Positions 1-12,579 of a stretch of 64,000 nt of DNA are shown here, piece by piece. This DNA comes from Octopus sinensis (Eukaryota), in NCBI RefSeq assembly GCF_006345805.1, contig NC_042997.1:156612001-156676000 (forward strand), read 5' to 3'. How positions within the stretch are numbered: position 1 is the first letter of the stretch; every line of letters starts with the position of its first letter. Below the pieces are notes generated by a model that saw only the letters and a program-made list of their open reading frames with translations, searched no databases and had not been told where the DNA came from. A program made the translations under genes and the position numbers.

Positions 1-41
1 GCCCAACATCTGAAGATCCTTTCTCACCACTTCATCCCAGG
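1..41 (-). mobile_element. RTE-type LINE C-terminal fragment (truncated by the window edge)
   Basis: The reverse complement encodes WDEVVRKDLQMLG, matching the RTE ORF C-terminus seen in the 7.2-9.6 kb element. Confidence 0.6.
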
Positions 42-844
42 TTTTATTCTCTCTATAATTAGAGATTGGCACCTGCACTTATAGAGGGAAAGCTGCAAGT
101 TTTTATTGTGAATCTAACATGAAAATTATAAGAAGGGTTCACAATGAACTTAATTCCTACTCTGAGTTGTCTGTACAAGGAGCAAGGAAATGAATCGCCA
201 TAAACATCATACAATTTTAGATAAGTTCTTCAGTGTTCGAGTAAATATTGATGATGATGAACTCTAAGATAGTAGGTAATGGTCCTCGTTCTCCTAGTAA
301 CTCTTATTTTACACCCTCACACTGTAGTCATAATCTTTTGTGGTAAGGATGTATCCTATTACCATATTACAATTCTTATTTGTTTCCTTATGTATTTCAC
401 TTCAAATGTTTTTATGTATAAATATTATTCTATATATATTTAGAAACTATTCTCGTATATAAAAGTGGCTGTGTTGCTTCCTTGTTTTTTTTTTTTTGTT
501 GCTTTCCTTTAAAAAAATCGGAATGGATTACTCCTGTAACTCAGAGATTCCTCTGAGTGCATGTGCATACACACACACAAAACTGAGACTCGCGACTCAA
601 GTTTCGGTTTCAATAAAAGACAAACATATCCTCTACAGTATGTATTGAGCACTTCTCTCAGATCAGATAAATAGCAAAGTATGTATATATGTGCATGTGT
701 ATGTATATATGTATAAATATGTATATATGTGTATATATATGTAATAGATGATATTAATTAGTAAACAATAATATGGGAAGACTATAGTCGATACACAGTA
801 GGATAGAATGTAATCTGTAAAGATTGGTTCTTCATTGATAGCCA

Positions 845-1100
845 TTATGTAAAGATGAAAGAACAGTGATTGAAGTTGTGAAGAAAATATTTATTTCCCG
901 TTACATTGAATATAATACCTTGCTTCGACAGGCAGATGATAAAATCTTAGAGTGTGCGAAATAAAAAAGTTAATTTTGGCCTGTGTGTTCCTATTGTAGT
1001 AGTAAACCATAGAGAGATATGGTAATGTGCACAGAAGACAAAGTGAGTTAGTAAAAGTGAGAAAGTGTGGGAAGTTGGGTCTCATTGCTGCTGACAGTAA
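845..1100 (+). pseudogene. Possible degenerate retroelement ORF1/gag fragment
   Basis: Interrupted reading PLCKDERTVIEVVKKIFISRYIEYNTLLRQADDKILECAK*...VCSYC...; 1057-1098 reads VRKCGKLGLIAADS, an eroded CX2CX4HX4C knuckle spacing. Many stops. Confidence 0.25.
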
Positions 1101-1583
1101 ATTTCATTTCTCCATTTGACCATTGTCTTTAGTAGCTGCCTTGCTTTGGATCATGATTCTAGCATTCTGCTCCCTTACTGATGGTAGCTGTCTCTGACTT
1201 GAGTTTGTCATTCATTAACTAACTGGAGCCTAGCCGACTAACTCAGTTATCACCAAGTCACTGAGTTTTGCTTGGGGTTCTTGCTTTTATAACTATCCAG
1301 AAGGACAGACTTATCGCTGAGAACAATGGATTTAGTTGGTGGTCTTGTTATCTTATTTCTAGCTTTTGGTGAAATAGAAGAGGTTAGAAAGGTCAAGTGG
1401 TGATGACATTATTTCGGCCTAGCAAAAGCAATCTGGCAAATGTAAAACTGCTGTCACAGGAAAATTATTGTTTTACCGTGAGAAAAATTCTGTTGAAGTG
1501 TTAATTTAAATTTGGCTATGATGGATCGAATCCACTTCATGCTTGCAAGATTTATTACAGATATATACACACACACACACATC

Positions 1584-1792
1584 CGACAAATGCTGAAAAG
1601 TTCCTGGTTTTGGGTAAAAGAAAATACAGGAGGATCAGTTAATTATGACTTTATTCAACATATTTCCCTCTTGGATTCATACACTTATTGCAGCGGTCGT
1701 CCAGTTTTTCTAAGCCCTGTAAAAAAAAAAAAAAAATACTCGGAAGGTAGGGCCTCCAGCCAAGCCTTTCGCGACACCCTTAAAGCCAGGAA
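1584..1792 (+). mobile_element. Mariner-type MITE (family M), right TIR truncated
   Basis: TGCTGAAAAGTTCCTGG...AAGCCAGGAA inverted ends; same body as the copies at 13391, 16124, 46670 and 50785. Confidence 0.85.
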
Positions 1793-1844
1793 TATACGCA
1801 TATACATACGCATGTATATGCATTTATGCATGCACACACCCACT

Positions 1845-1891
<47 letters not shown>

Positions 1892-1899
1892 CATTGATG

Positions 1900-2997
1900 C
1901 TCCAAGCAGCGTGTTTTAACTAGCGTAATATACATATGTACGATAGTGTATATTCCATACTTTCTTAAACGATGAACGTTGTCGTGTTAAAGCTGTCGCT
2001 GAATTGCGCGATCGAACACACCCGATAAACGTAAACAAATCAGTTTACAATCTCTTCCTGAACAGAAAACGGAGATCGGCTCTTATTCTGTTTGTGGAAA
2101 GATTGTGAAGATTGATTACATTTGTCCTGTGAGGTTCATCGTCCAACGTAGCAACGGCTAGCATTTGTATTACACAGTATATATGTTATTGTATTTGTGA
2201 GTTTATAATTTCTTTAGTAGCAGTGATATATTTCGTGTACGAACTTAAAACATTTGGTGCAGTATTGGTTGCGATCATGATAGAAGTGTACTGGTCGGGA
2301 AACAGATGTAGATAGTGCGGAAAGTAGCAATGAGAAAGATATGATCTTTATATATTGTGAGTGAGAGTAAGCGGAAAATATAAGAGAGAGTGAGAGTGTG
2401 TGAGAGTCGATGTAAATATAACATAAAGACAAGAGAAAGACTACGTTGCGAACAAGGAATCATTTGTTACTATATATGAAGAGGGAGGAGGAAAGAGAGA
2501 AAGAGAGCAAGTGCTGGGTGTAAGAAAGATATGAAAGACATGAGGGAGGGACAGAGGGGAATAGTGAGAGAGTAAGCGTAGGGTGTAAGAAAGATATGAC
2601 AGACAAGAAAAGGGAGGGTGAGTGAGCGGTGTTTAGGTAGCAGGAGTCGTCGCTGCATAGGTTGACAAAAAGATAGAGCGATTATGAGAGATCTGAAGCA
2701 GCTAGGAAGCCATGTAGAGAAAGGGGTAAGTTTATGAGGAGTACACGAGGAGGAAGAAATTAAACATACAGACAAAGTGAGTACGATTCAATTAACAACA
2801 AAACAAAGAGTAAAGCAACGCATACTTCACCAGCCCTTTCAGCGGAAGGCTTAGCGTAGTAAACCCGTGGGAGGTACAGAAACATAGACAAAATCTTGAC
2901 TTTTACCATCGGAGTCAGTCGGAAACTAATTCCCGTGTCTTGTCTGTGATGTGAGAACCCTACTCTTAAAAAGTATAAATTTGTATTTCTACCTTAG
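1900..2997. promoter_or_regulatory. Putative promoter / 5' UTR region
   Basis: Locally CpG-enriched unique sequence upstream of the ATG exon; possible non-coding-exon donors at 2777 (GTGAGT) and 2875 (GTACAG); acceptor TTTGTATTTCTACCTTAG ending at 2997. Confidence 0.35.
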
Positions 2998-3027
2998 TAA
3001 CGTTGCTATGAGTACTAATGTTACCCA

Positions 3028-3105
3028 ATGGGATCTCCACAACAGCAGAAACGTGTGGTCAAGAACAGAATGACGGATAATAATTTAATTGAAGTGAAAA
3101 GCAAG
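3028..3105 (+). CDS. Probable first coding exon of an unidentified gene (MGSPQQQKRVVKNRMTDNNLIEVKSK)
   Basis: Open from ATG 3028 (second in-frame ATG at 3070) to a consensus AAG|GTAAGT donor at 3106, phase 0. The other two frames contain stops. Confidence 0.5.
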
Positions 3106-5262
3106 GTAAGTTTCTTTTTATTTTGCTCATAAATATGTATGAAATTTATTTAAAATATCTGTTGTTCTGGTCTGGAGAAAATATAAGTATAAAGTCTTGT
3201 TACCGGCCTCTTTATTTTGTAAGACAAAATTTAGAGGGAGTGTTTATGCAATTATTGCGAGGTGAGCCAGGTGCGAGTAATGTTTCTACACACCCGAAAT
3301 TCTGACTACCTCCTACATAAGCACACGTTTTTCTTCTTACAATGTCATGTTCGAAGCTGTATTATGGCCCCCATCCCTTTTTTTCTCGTGTATCATTACC
3401 CTAAAATGTGTGTTACCTGAATAAATGTCGGACACTCCTTGATCATAGTAACTTTGCTTTCTTTTACCTTATGCCTACTCGTCTGTTCTCATTTCACTGC
3501 TCTGCATAAATGAAAAATCTTTCGTTAGCTTTATTTCGTCAAAACCTTTCTTTTTTTATATACGTATTGTTATAAATTAAAATATTCGAATTTATTATCG
3601 GGATAATATTCTGTTTAAAACGTCATAATACACTTTAATTTGTCCACTCTTAACTTATTTTTTAAGATGCTGACTATTTGTCTACCTTCGTCAACGATTA
3701 CTATTATGTAGTTTATTTAATTATACGTGTTATATGCGTATCTTTTTTATGTTTTCACCCCTCTAGATTTCTTTTCGACAGGCCACCTGTGGTATGTTAT
3801 ATTGGCATGCGAACCGCCTTAAAATATTCCTGTTCAAATACTTGGAATAACAATGTGATTGTGTATCAACGCTAAGCTTGCTTTAAAATATCTTGTAATA
3901 TTTGTCTTGAAGCTGTACAACTCCGAAATCACCGATATATATATAAACATGCATACACACGCTAAAAGTGTTAGTTGTATTGATGAGGCATTCTAATTAC
4001 CCAAGATAATTATCTGTTTGAAACAGAATATTTACAAAACCACACACAAACATACTGAATATTAGTTTCACTCGATGTAGCTGTTTGCTTAAATTTTATC
4101 TGGCAAATGAGCCAGAATTTAGAATCTAATCTATCCGCAGGGATTATGTTATCCATTGCAGATTGTTAGTGCGTGTATTTAACGGCAAAATACAAGACTT
4201 GTTACGACTTAACATGAAAGTATTTAGCTGAAGTACTAGAAGTGCTAGCTTATTATTTAATTACAGATTAAATTTATCTGTTTTATTTTAGATATCTCTA
4301 ACTTTTTTAATTGCTTCTTTTGTGTAAGAATTCTAATTTTGTATGTACGATTTTTCTAACTTTTCTAATGTTTACTTGCACATCACCTAACATGAGGCAC
4401 CTTGATAATTTATTTACCGTTGAAAGTGTATTATTATATAGCTTAGTGGCACTTAATGTAGTATGGATGTTGTAATTAGATAATTAACCTAACATAATGA
4501 AGGCTCTTATATTTAACAAATTACACAGCAATGCTTTTGTTTCTTGGTAACGCCGTAACTACTAATTAAGATACTTATGTCATCGAGTTTAGTTACTCGG
4601 TTGATGGTAACCCGTATGGTTGTAAATTGATACCCGGTTTAAAGAATAGCGAGCTAGATTACTTCAGTAATGATATAGGCTGAAATAAACTTGAAAAGGG
4701 CAATTTTTTTTTACTTTCCGGTCAAACTTTGAAACATAATAAATTATGAGTAACTGTACGCTGTCAGCGAACCGAGTCCTGGGTCTTGTTTTGGATTGTC
4801 GTTTTTAGCTGTTTCACTTCAGTTCTTTCGTTAATGCCCTTGGGAAAGGCATGACCGTCACGTTTTTCATTCCACTTACTATCCAGAACAGCAATTGACT
4901 GACATACTTAGTGTATCGTGGAGGTAAATATACTTACTTAACCGAGGTATAAAGTTTATAAAAATAAAGAAAAACCACAGTGAAGTTATTTTTGTTCTAT
5001 GTAAACACTACATGTTTTATAAGACCTGAAACATTTCTATTTTTATTTAAATTGGAATAGTTATACTGCAGAAAGGTAACTAACTACAACCCACGTCGTT
5101 TAGGTGCGCAAGCACCACATTTGACGTTTGTGAAACTGTCATTTGTGAAAGCTAGTTTTCTCTTTTATTTGTACTTTTTTCTTTCTTTCTTTTTTTTTTT
5201 TTTGGTGAATTTCAAGTAAAAAGTAAACTTGTAATTTTTGAGAATTTGTTTTCCTACTTCAG

Positions 5263-5286
5263 AACTTTATCGACCTTCGTTTGAAA
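5263..5286 (+). CDS. Candidate 24-nt microexon
   Basis: TTTTCCTACTTCAG acceptor and GTGAGT donor; open as NFIDLRLK (phase 0) or ELYRPSFE (phase 1). Confidence 0.25.
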
Positions 5287-5329
5287 GTGAGTGCGGGTGA
5301 TGGTTGTGCATATGATTTTGTGACACCTG

Positions 5330-5615
5330 ATATTAGGTATGACTCTAAGCTACACCCCGGCAGTGGGACCATAGGGCCCTGGTTTCGGCGTTTGAGGAAT
5401 GTGGAAACACCTCTTAGTCACTATTGTTCCCAGATCTACTCTGGTCCGGAGTAGTGGCACCTAGGGTCCCAGCTATAGGTTAACTAGCAAATCCTCCTGC
5501 GACTGGTGGTGGGGGCGGTGGTAGAATGCAGTTGCCGTATTCCCGGCGTGGCGTAAGAAGCTACTAAAAAGGACGGGAGGGAAGGGGCTGGGAATACACT
5601 CCTCCTAGTAATTCA
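5330..5615 (+). repeat. GC/CpG-rich dispersed repeat, possibly retroelement 5' UTR-like
   Basis: Abrupt GC-rich block with internal stems (GTATTCCC 5537 / GGGAATAC 5590) and the motif GGCGTAAGAAGCTACTAAAAAGG. Confidence 0.45.
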
Positions 5616-5786
5616 GTTTCTTTAAAAAAAAAAAAAAAGATACTTGGCCCCAACTCAGTTTCGGTATATATAGACAAGACAATAATTAAATGTGTTCCGA
5701 CTTCAATCGTTCCACCTCCTTTTTTTTTAAAATTAGACTAGGTATATTTAATAACACTCCCCCCTTCTCTCACTCTCTCTCGGCAG

Positions 5787-5879
5787 TAAGAAGGCTCCGT
5801 ATGTGGTGCGAAGGAGACTTTTTGGCCGCTATTCCTAGTACGTCGATTGACGACGTCATAGAGGCCCTCGATGTTGGAG
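5787..5879 (+). CDS. Candidate 93-nt phase 1-1 exon
   Basis: Long pyrimidine tract + CAG acceptor, GAG|GTAAAT donor; one open frame, RRLRMWCEGDFLAAIPSTSIDDVIEALDVG. No recognised homology. Confidence 0.28.
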
Positions 5880-5958
5880 GTAAATGGAGACAGAGATTTA
5901 ATCGCGATTGCTGATGCTAGCGATAGATCTACGTATATATAGATGATACTCACTATGG

Positions 5959-6114
5959 CAGGCATGGGCAACCATTTTCGAGATGTGAACCACATGAGAC
6001 ATGGTTCAACACCTGGCGGGCCGCAATATAAAAAAAAAAAAAATTGACGGTAATTTTTTGTTAGGCGTGCATGCCATTCAGAAAGTTTTGCGGGCCGCAG
6101 TTTGCCCATGACTG
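5959..6114. mobile_element. hAT-type MITE
   Basis: TIRs CAGGCATGGGCAA / TTGCCCATGACTG, subterminal GCGGGCCGCA twice, and an 8-bp TSD CACTATGG / CACTGTGC (6/8). Confidence 0.8.
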
Positions 6115-6644
6115 CACTGTGCACTAATTACGATGACGGGTTTGTGTGAAGGTAGAAACTATACAGAACAATGCTCTGTGTAGAGGTAGGGTGAGCTGAG
6201 CGTTAGAATAAAGGTAATCTGAAACTCAGGGAGGAAGAAATTACGAGCTGTTTACAAAGTAGAATAGGTTAAATTGCCGAAATAGGGAGTCTGATGTTTC
6301 TGGAAGGGTTCCACTTCGTGATCTGTATATATTTAATTTATTGACATAGACCATCACCAAATTTCTCGAATTCAGGTGTTTCACTTTGATAGAAAAAAAT
6401 AAGCTGTTTATGATTTGCCATACTCGTGTTGTATATCAGTGAAGCCTGGAATGTATATATCAACACAAAGGACCGGAGTAGGTCGGGAGCAAATTTAACA
6501 ACACGAGACTGCTATAGGTCTGCTATACACAAATGACAACAGCATACTATTGATAAAACCATGGGTACATTTTTTCTGTCTGTCACCCCGTGAGCGACTT
6601 TAATAGACAGACTAAAAGAAGCCCCATACATACGTATGCACGCA

Positions 6645-6958
6645 CTCGTGGCTTAGTAGCTAGGTTCATGATCATAAGGTCATAAGTTTGATTTCTGGCG
6701 GCTTGTTGAGTCCTTGAGTGTGACACTTTATTTCACGTTACTCCAGTGCACTTAGCTGGCAAAAAGGAGTTGTAGTACGTGTAATTCAAAGGGCCACCCA
6801 TATCAAACTGTATGTCATGCTGAATCTTTCTGAGACCTACTAACGTAGGCATGTCTGTGTAGTACTCAGTCACTTGCACGTTAATTTCACAAGCAAACTG
6901 TTCTGTTGATCAGATCAAATGGAACGTTTGTCGTTGTAACCAACGGAGTGCCAGTTAA
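6645..6958 (+). mobile_element. tRNA-derived SINE, family B
   Basis: A/B-box-like head, then CCTTGAG...CACTTTATTTCACGTTACTCCAGT core shared with 54848-55203. Confidence 0.7.
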
Positions 6959-7199
6959 AAAGAAAAATATGTGTGTGTGTTTGTGTCCATTTTTCATTTC
7001 TGTAAAAATCAGGGAGCTACAAGCAGGGATGTTGTTGTATTTTGGCTTCAAAAACCTGTGCAATACACAATCCCTTACATGAAAAATAGGTAAGGGTTAG
7101 GAACAAGGAAGGGTCCATCAGTAAAATAATTCCTCAAACATACTAGTCTCGCCCATGTTAGCATGGGAAACCAGACATAAAAGCAAACAAACAATTTTT

Positions 7200-9595
7200 A
7201 TCATCATCATCATCATTGTCATTTAATATCTGTCTTCCATGCTGACATGGGTGGGTTGGTTGGTTTGATAGGAGCTGCACCAGGTTCCATTGTCTGTTTT
7301 GGCATGGTTACTACAGCTGGTTACTCTTCCTAATGCCAACCACTTTACAGAGTCCACTGGGTGCTCTTTATGCGGCACCAGCACCAACAGGGTCACTAAG
7401 AACCTTGCAAAACAAAAAGCCCCCTCAACTGGGACAGGGGAGTAGTATTGGGGGAGTGTGACTTTGTGTCAGTTGAGAGATCTAAGGTATAGAGGGGACG
7501 AAGATAGGTGTCTTGCTGTAAGTGAGCTGGAGAGTAAAGTAGTGATAGTGAGAGATGATAGTGGAGATGAGTCAAGACATGCCCTCAATGGACATTGGGA
7601 GTGGTGAGAATAAGTGAGGTGATATAGAGGCTTGGACTGGGTGAATGGGCAGGAAGGGTGACTAACCACTGATGGAGAGAAATACAGGAGAGGATTCAGG
7701 GTGGGAGCTGCTTGTAGATATGTGAGGGTGATAGGAGGTAAGAGAGGAGTTGAAGGTGAGCAGTATAGAGGTGGGGGAGAGAAAGTGCAAAAAGGAGGTG
7801 ATTGGAAGAGACTGTAGATGGAAGAAAAGTAACTAGAAGGGGAAGTAAAGATAACTGAGAAAGCCAGAAAGTGTAGTATGTGCCTAGGGTAACAGGCTTT
7901 AGTGGATGAAATGTGGGTGGGGAAGAAGGTTGATGGGGTAGAGCCCGTTATGGACAAGCATTACCAAGGTGGTTATAGGATATCAATTATCAAGTACAGC
8001 AAAGTACCAGATATCTCACTCCTTCGTCATTTCCTTCACAAGGTTCACTGTTTTGAGATCAGCTTTCAACACTTTGTCCCATGTCTTTCTGGGTCTCCTT
8101 CTTCCATGAGTTCCATCCACAAGTTCCATTCACTTTAAGTGATTAGCACTTGTTTATGCAACTGTCCTCATCCATATGCACCACATGACGAAACCAGCAC
8201 AGTCTTCTCTCTTGCACATTGGATCTAATTCCTCTTATGTCTAACTTTTCTCTCAATACACTAATGCTCTGTTGCACATTACATGTCCAACAGAGCATAG
8301 CAGCTTCATTCGTCTCTGATTTCACATGTCCTCTGCACTCAGGGCCCATACCTCACTACCATGTAGCATTTCTGTTTGTACATATGTATTATGAGAGACT
8401 TTTGATTGCTATCAGAGGTAAAATCTCTCTGAACTTTCTCCATCCTATTCTAGCAATTTACACCTTCCACTACTAATTAGGTCACCTAGATAGCAGAAAT
8501 TATCTACTACTTCTAGAGAGCCTCTGGGATAATCAGTGTCCCATGTATCTGTAATCTTTATGGCTCTTGTACATCTTTCACATACAAACACTACTTTCTC
8601 AGTTAACCTTCCTACTACTCCACTATACCTTTTCTGTATCCATAGCTTGCACTGGGTACACTAGATGGAATTCCTGCCTACACCTTTCCTGCACATCAAG
8701 CAGGGCCATTTACCAAAAGTGAGTAGGGTCCTGTCCAATTTCTTGCTTACTAGGACCTTGGTTTTTGCTAAGTTAACTTTAAAAATCCTTTGATTCCAGG
8801 TTTTGCTTCCACACCTGGAACTTCTTCTCTAGTTTTGTTACAGAATCTGCTATGAGACCAAGAACACCAGCATATAGTAGTTCCCATGGGTTTCCAGTCT
8901 TAAATTCCTCTGTTATGACCTAAAAGATGATGATGGATAAGAGGAGGATGAAGACTGAGCCTTGGTGAATACCTACCTGTACTCTAAATTTGTCTCTGTA
9001 CTCATGGTTAATTCTTACCTTACAAATAGCAACCCTGTACATGGCCTGTACTGCTTTCATAAGCCATTTATCTACCCCTAGCTTCCTCAGAGACCACCAT
9101 CTCATAGACTGTGGTACCCTGTCGAAGGCTTTCTCTAGATCAACAAATGCCAAGTACAACAGCTTATTTTTAGCTAAATGCTTCTGTTGCAGTTGCCTGA
9201 CTATGAAAATAGCATCGGTAATGTTTCTGCCTGGGACACAGCCAAACTGCATTTTGTCTAGTCTAATTTTGTTCCTAATTAATTGGGCTATAACGGTTTC
9301 CTTAACTTTCATCACCTGGTCCAGCAATTTGATGCTTCTATAATTACTTCTAAAAAAATCCCCCTTACCCTTGTAGCAGCTGACTGTGATGCTGCTATAC
9401 CAGTCACTGAAGATCATGTCTTCCTAAGTAACCTGATTAACTATACAGGTACTAGACCATATCCTACACTACCAGATATTTTAAGCATCTCAGCAGTGAG
9501 TCCTGATAGACCAGGGGCTTTCCCTATGAAAGATCCTCTGTATGGTTGAACTGATAGAAATAGCCATCAAATTTCTTTCAAACTATATGCTATCA
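7200..9595 (-). mobile_element. 5'-truncated RTE-clade LINE (degenerate RT and 3' UTR)
   Basis: KAPG, YKGKGD..NYRSIKLL, QFG..PGR..TDAIF, LAFVDLEKAFDRVP (8920-9417), C-terminal RRLCWFRHV (8143-8349); ends in a (CAT)n tail. Confidence 0.95.
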
Positions 9596-9780
9596 TCTGA
9601 AAAATGAAATAAATAAATATATATATATATTTAGTAAATACACTGTGCATGTAAAAAAAAAACAACCCAAATTGGGGTTACTGGATAGTCATGACCGGAA
9701 CACGTTTAATTACCGATGAGCTTAACCAGGACTGACCTGGGGGCTAAATAAATGAGTAAATGCTTGAATCCATAGCTTAA

Positions 9781-9879
9781 CCTTTAGCACACTGTAGGTG
9801 CATCATGTCACTATTTGTTTTCTCTTCTGTAGTAACAGGGCAAGGGAAACAATGCTAGAGAAAATCAGTGTGCTAAAAG
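9781..9879. mobile_element. Small piggyBac-type MITE
   Basis: TIR CCTTTAGCACACTG / CAGTGTGCTAAAAG (13/14), flanked by TTAA / TCAA. Confidence 0.55.
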
Positions 9880-10367
9880 TCAAATTCTGAGTTTCAAGAC
9901 CCTGAACCTCACTTACATAAATTGTTCATCAACAGCATGCTGACAAGAATTAATATTTCTCACTATAATTTTATTTTGAATTATTTCTTTCACGAGATCC
10001 ATTCTCTTCAAATCAATCCTAACAGTTTCTACTTAAGTTTTCCTTAGGCTATCTCTACTACAGTTATTTTTTAAACAAGATACCTTCATTCACCATTAAT
10101 TTGTTAATCCAATCAAAAGTTTTTTTTATCTAAATCTCTAATACTCTCCTGCTTTAAATCATATGCATTCTATCATTCTTGAAAATTAATATTGATTGTC
10201 CTACTTTAATTCATTACCAGTTGCCATGGATTCTAAACAGTCTCGGCTCTGCCCACATTTCATTACCCTGCAGCATCATTTCAGCTTCTTGATAGCCAAA
10301 CCCCTCTACATCTTAGATATATCTGTTTAATGAATTCATGTATAAACATAGAATATTTCCATACTCT

Positions 10368-10572
10368 CTCTTTTACTCTTTTACTTGTTTCAGTCATTTT
10401 GACTGCGGCCATGCTGGAGCACAGCCTTTAGTCGAGCAAATCGATCCCGGGGCTTATTCTTTTTGTAAGCCCAGTACTTATTCTATCGGTCTCTTTTTGC
10501 CGAACCGCTAAGTGACGGGGACATAAACACACCAGCATTGGTTGTCAAGCAATGCTACGGGGACAGACACAA

Positions 10573-10607
<35 letters not shown>

Positions 10608-10771
10608 CATATATACGACAGGCTTCTTTCAGTTTCCGTCTACCAAATCCACTCACAAGGCATTGGCCGGCCCGGGGCTATAGCAGAAGACACTTGCCCA
10701 AGGTGCCACGCAGTGGGACTGAACCCGGAACCATGTGGTTGGTTAGCAAGCTACTTACCACACAGCCACTC
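10368..10771 (-). mobile_element. tRNA-derived CORE-like SINE, family A (full-length, young)
   Basis: Head TGGCTGTGTGG (A box), GGTTCAGTCC (B box), GCACCTTGGGCAAGTG core, internal (TA)/(CA) microsatellite, ...CAAGTAAAAGAG tail. Confidence 0.9.
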
Positions 10772-11107
10772 CATGGTTACTTTTATTTAATAGCATATTG
10801 TTAAACTCAAATGCATTATTACTTAGGACCTGAAGCAGACAGGGCATGTCATTGACATGGGGTTGCAAAGGGTGATAAATAGATTTTGACAAACCGAGCT
10901 GATTGAAATGGTTAATCAAACAATTGATTAGTCGATTGATGAACTGTTAACTAATAGTAATTAATGACTAATTGACTGATAATAGTTAAAGTGAAATAGA
11001 CCCAGTGTGTGTGTTTATTATTGGCATAATGACCTACTGAGATATATCAAACCAAATACAAAAACGAAGTGAACAAATGCAGATTAAATGCAAGATTTTA
11101 CTATTAA

Positions 11108-11497
11108 TCTTTCTCTATATAAAGCTGAAGTTGTTTGTGCATGGCAGGTTTGGTAGCCTTCAACTAACACTATCTCCTCCGAGACCCTGCGGCGCAAGGT
11201 GACCAAAATTGAGAGTATGATAGAAGGTTTGCTCTTCCTTCCATAGAAGAAAAAATTCGAATTGGACCATGTTAACACCAAAAATTATTTACATAAAAGG
11301 GATGCTTTTTTTTCTATGAAAATCCCTATTTTTTATGATTTTTTGACTGCTGTGTTGCCATTTTTCGGTGTATTTCAACCAGAAAAATGTTCACTTAATG
11401 AGAATAACAAGCTACATAATGCAAAATTTTTACTTTTCAAAAATTCCAATTCTAAAGGGTTGAAACAAACCTGAGGAACGCCGGGCGATACTGCTAG
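11108..11497 (+). mobile_element. Non-autonomous Helitron
   Basis: A|TC start (TCTTTCTCTATATAAAG), subterminal CGCCGGGCG palindrome, CTAG|T end; inserted between A and T with no TSD. Confidence 0.75.
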
Positions 11498-12091
11498 TAC
11501 TTATAAAAAGTGACTACAATTTAGCAACAATCACATAAATACCTACTGACACAATTTTCATTCATCCAAAATACACTCACCAGATTTATAAATGGAATAA
11601 ATACATTTTTAATCAAGAATTGAATTGTAATAAACTATAACCAAAATTTTTAGCAGTACAAATCTTACATTTTCAATCCAGCTTTTTAATCCAGTTTAAA
11701 GCAATACCTATTCTTTTACTGGTGTCAGTTATTGGGTTGTAGTCATACTAGAGTACTGTCTGTCTTTCAAAAGTTGATTGTATCAACCTGGTACTTATTT
11801 GATCCTTCTCTATCAGTGTTTAAGGTACCTTTTAAATGCAACAATATCATACTGTTTTACATCAGCATTCACAAACACTCAGACACACACACGTGTATAT
11901 TACATGTATTGTTATATACATTTACTGTGTGTATATAGTTGTTTTTGTTTAAAGTAAAACTACAAGTCAGGGCAAAGTACTCAATATGTAGAGGAAATAT
12001 TTGCATTAAGTAAATTAATGACTTTTCTAGGACAAATTCTTTGGAGGAGGAAACCGTATTTGTTCTGTAAGAATAAATGCAAATTTATATA

Positions 12092-12190
12092 CACAGGATG
12101 TTCATAAATTATCTTTACAACTTCCATAATTTATTGTATTGTCTAGATGTGCTGTGCGTTACCAATGGGGCCCACATCGAAGTGTTCTGA
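12092..12190 (+). mobile_element. Internally deleted Tc1/mariner remnant
   Basis: TA|CACAGGATGTTCATAAATT TIR-like start, followed by LDVLCVTNGAHIEVF*, a typical transposase C-terminus. Confidence 0.5.
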
Positions 12191-12227
12191 TGTTTCTAAT
12201 AATACTTTGCCAATAAACTCTTCTGGG

Positions 12228-12437
12228 TAAGGTGAGCTGGTAGAAATGTTAGCATGCTGGGCGAAATGCTTAGTGGTATTTCGTCTGTCTTTATGTTCTG
12301 AGTTCAAATTCCAATGAGGTTGACTTTGCCTTTCATCCTTTCGGTGTCGATAAATTAAGTACCAGTTCTGTAGTGGGGTCGATCTAATTGACTGGCCCCC
12401 TCCCCCAAAATTTTGAGCCTTGTGCCTAAAATAGAAC
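12228..12437 (+). mobile_element. tRNA-derived SINE with Deu/Nin-like domain, family D
   Basis: GAGTTCAAATTCC B box, then GCCTTTCATCCTTTCGGTGTCGATAAATTAAGTACCAG. Confidence 0.85.
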
Positions 12438-12530
12438 AGAATAAACTCTGCTGGGTTATCCTTATTTTTCATTTTTTCTCTAAATTTTTCAAAGTGTAAA
12501 GGTAATTTATAGACAACTTCTGTGTATGTA

Positions 12531-12577
<47 letters not shown>

Positions 12578-12579
12578 TC

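Noticed and set aside
585-645. Minus-strand hammerhead-like CTGTAGA...CCGAAACTTGAGTC
   Set aside because: Core mismatch at A6 and no stem I pairing.
7469-7957. 162-aa S/P/L-rich ORF
   Set aside because: Compositional artefact of a pyrimidine-rich LINE UTR.
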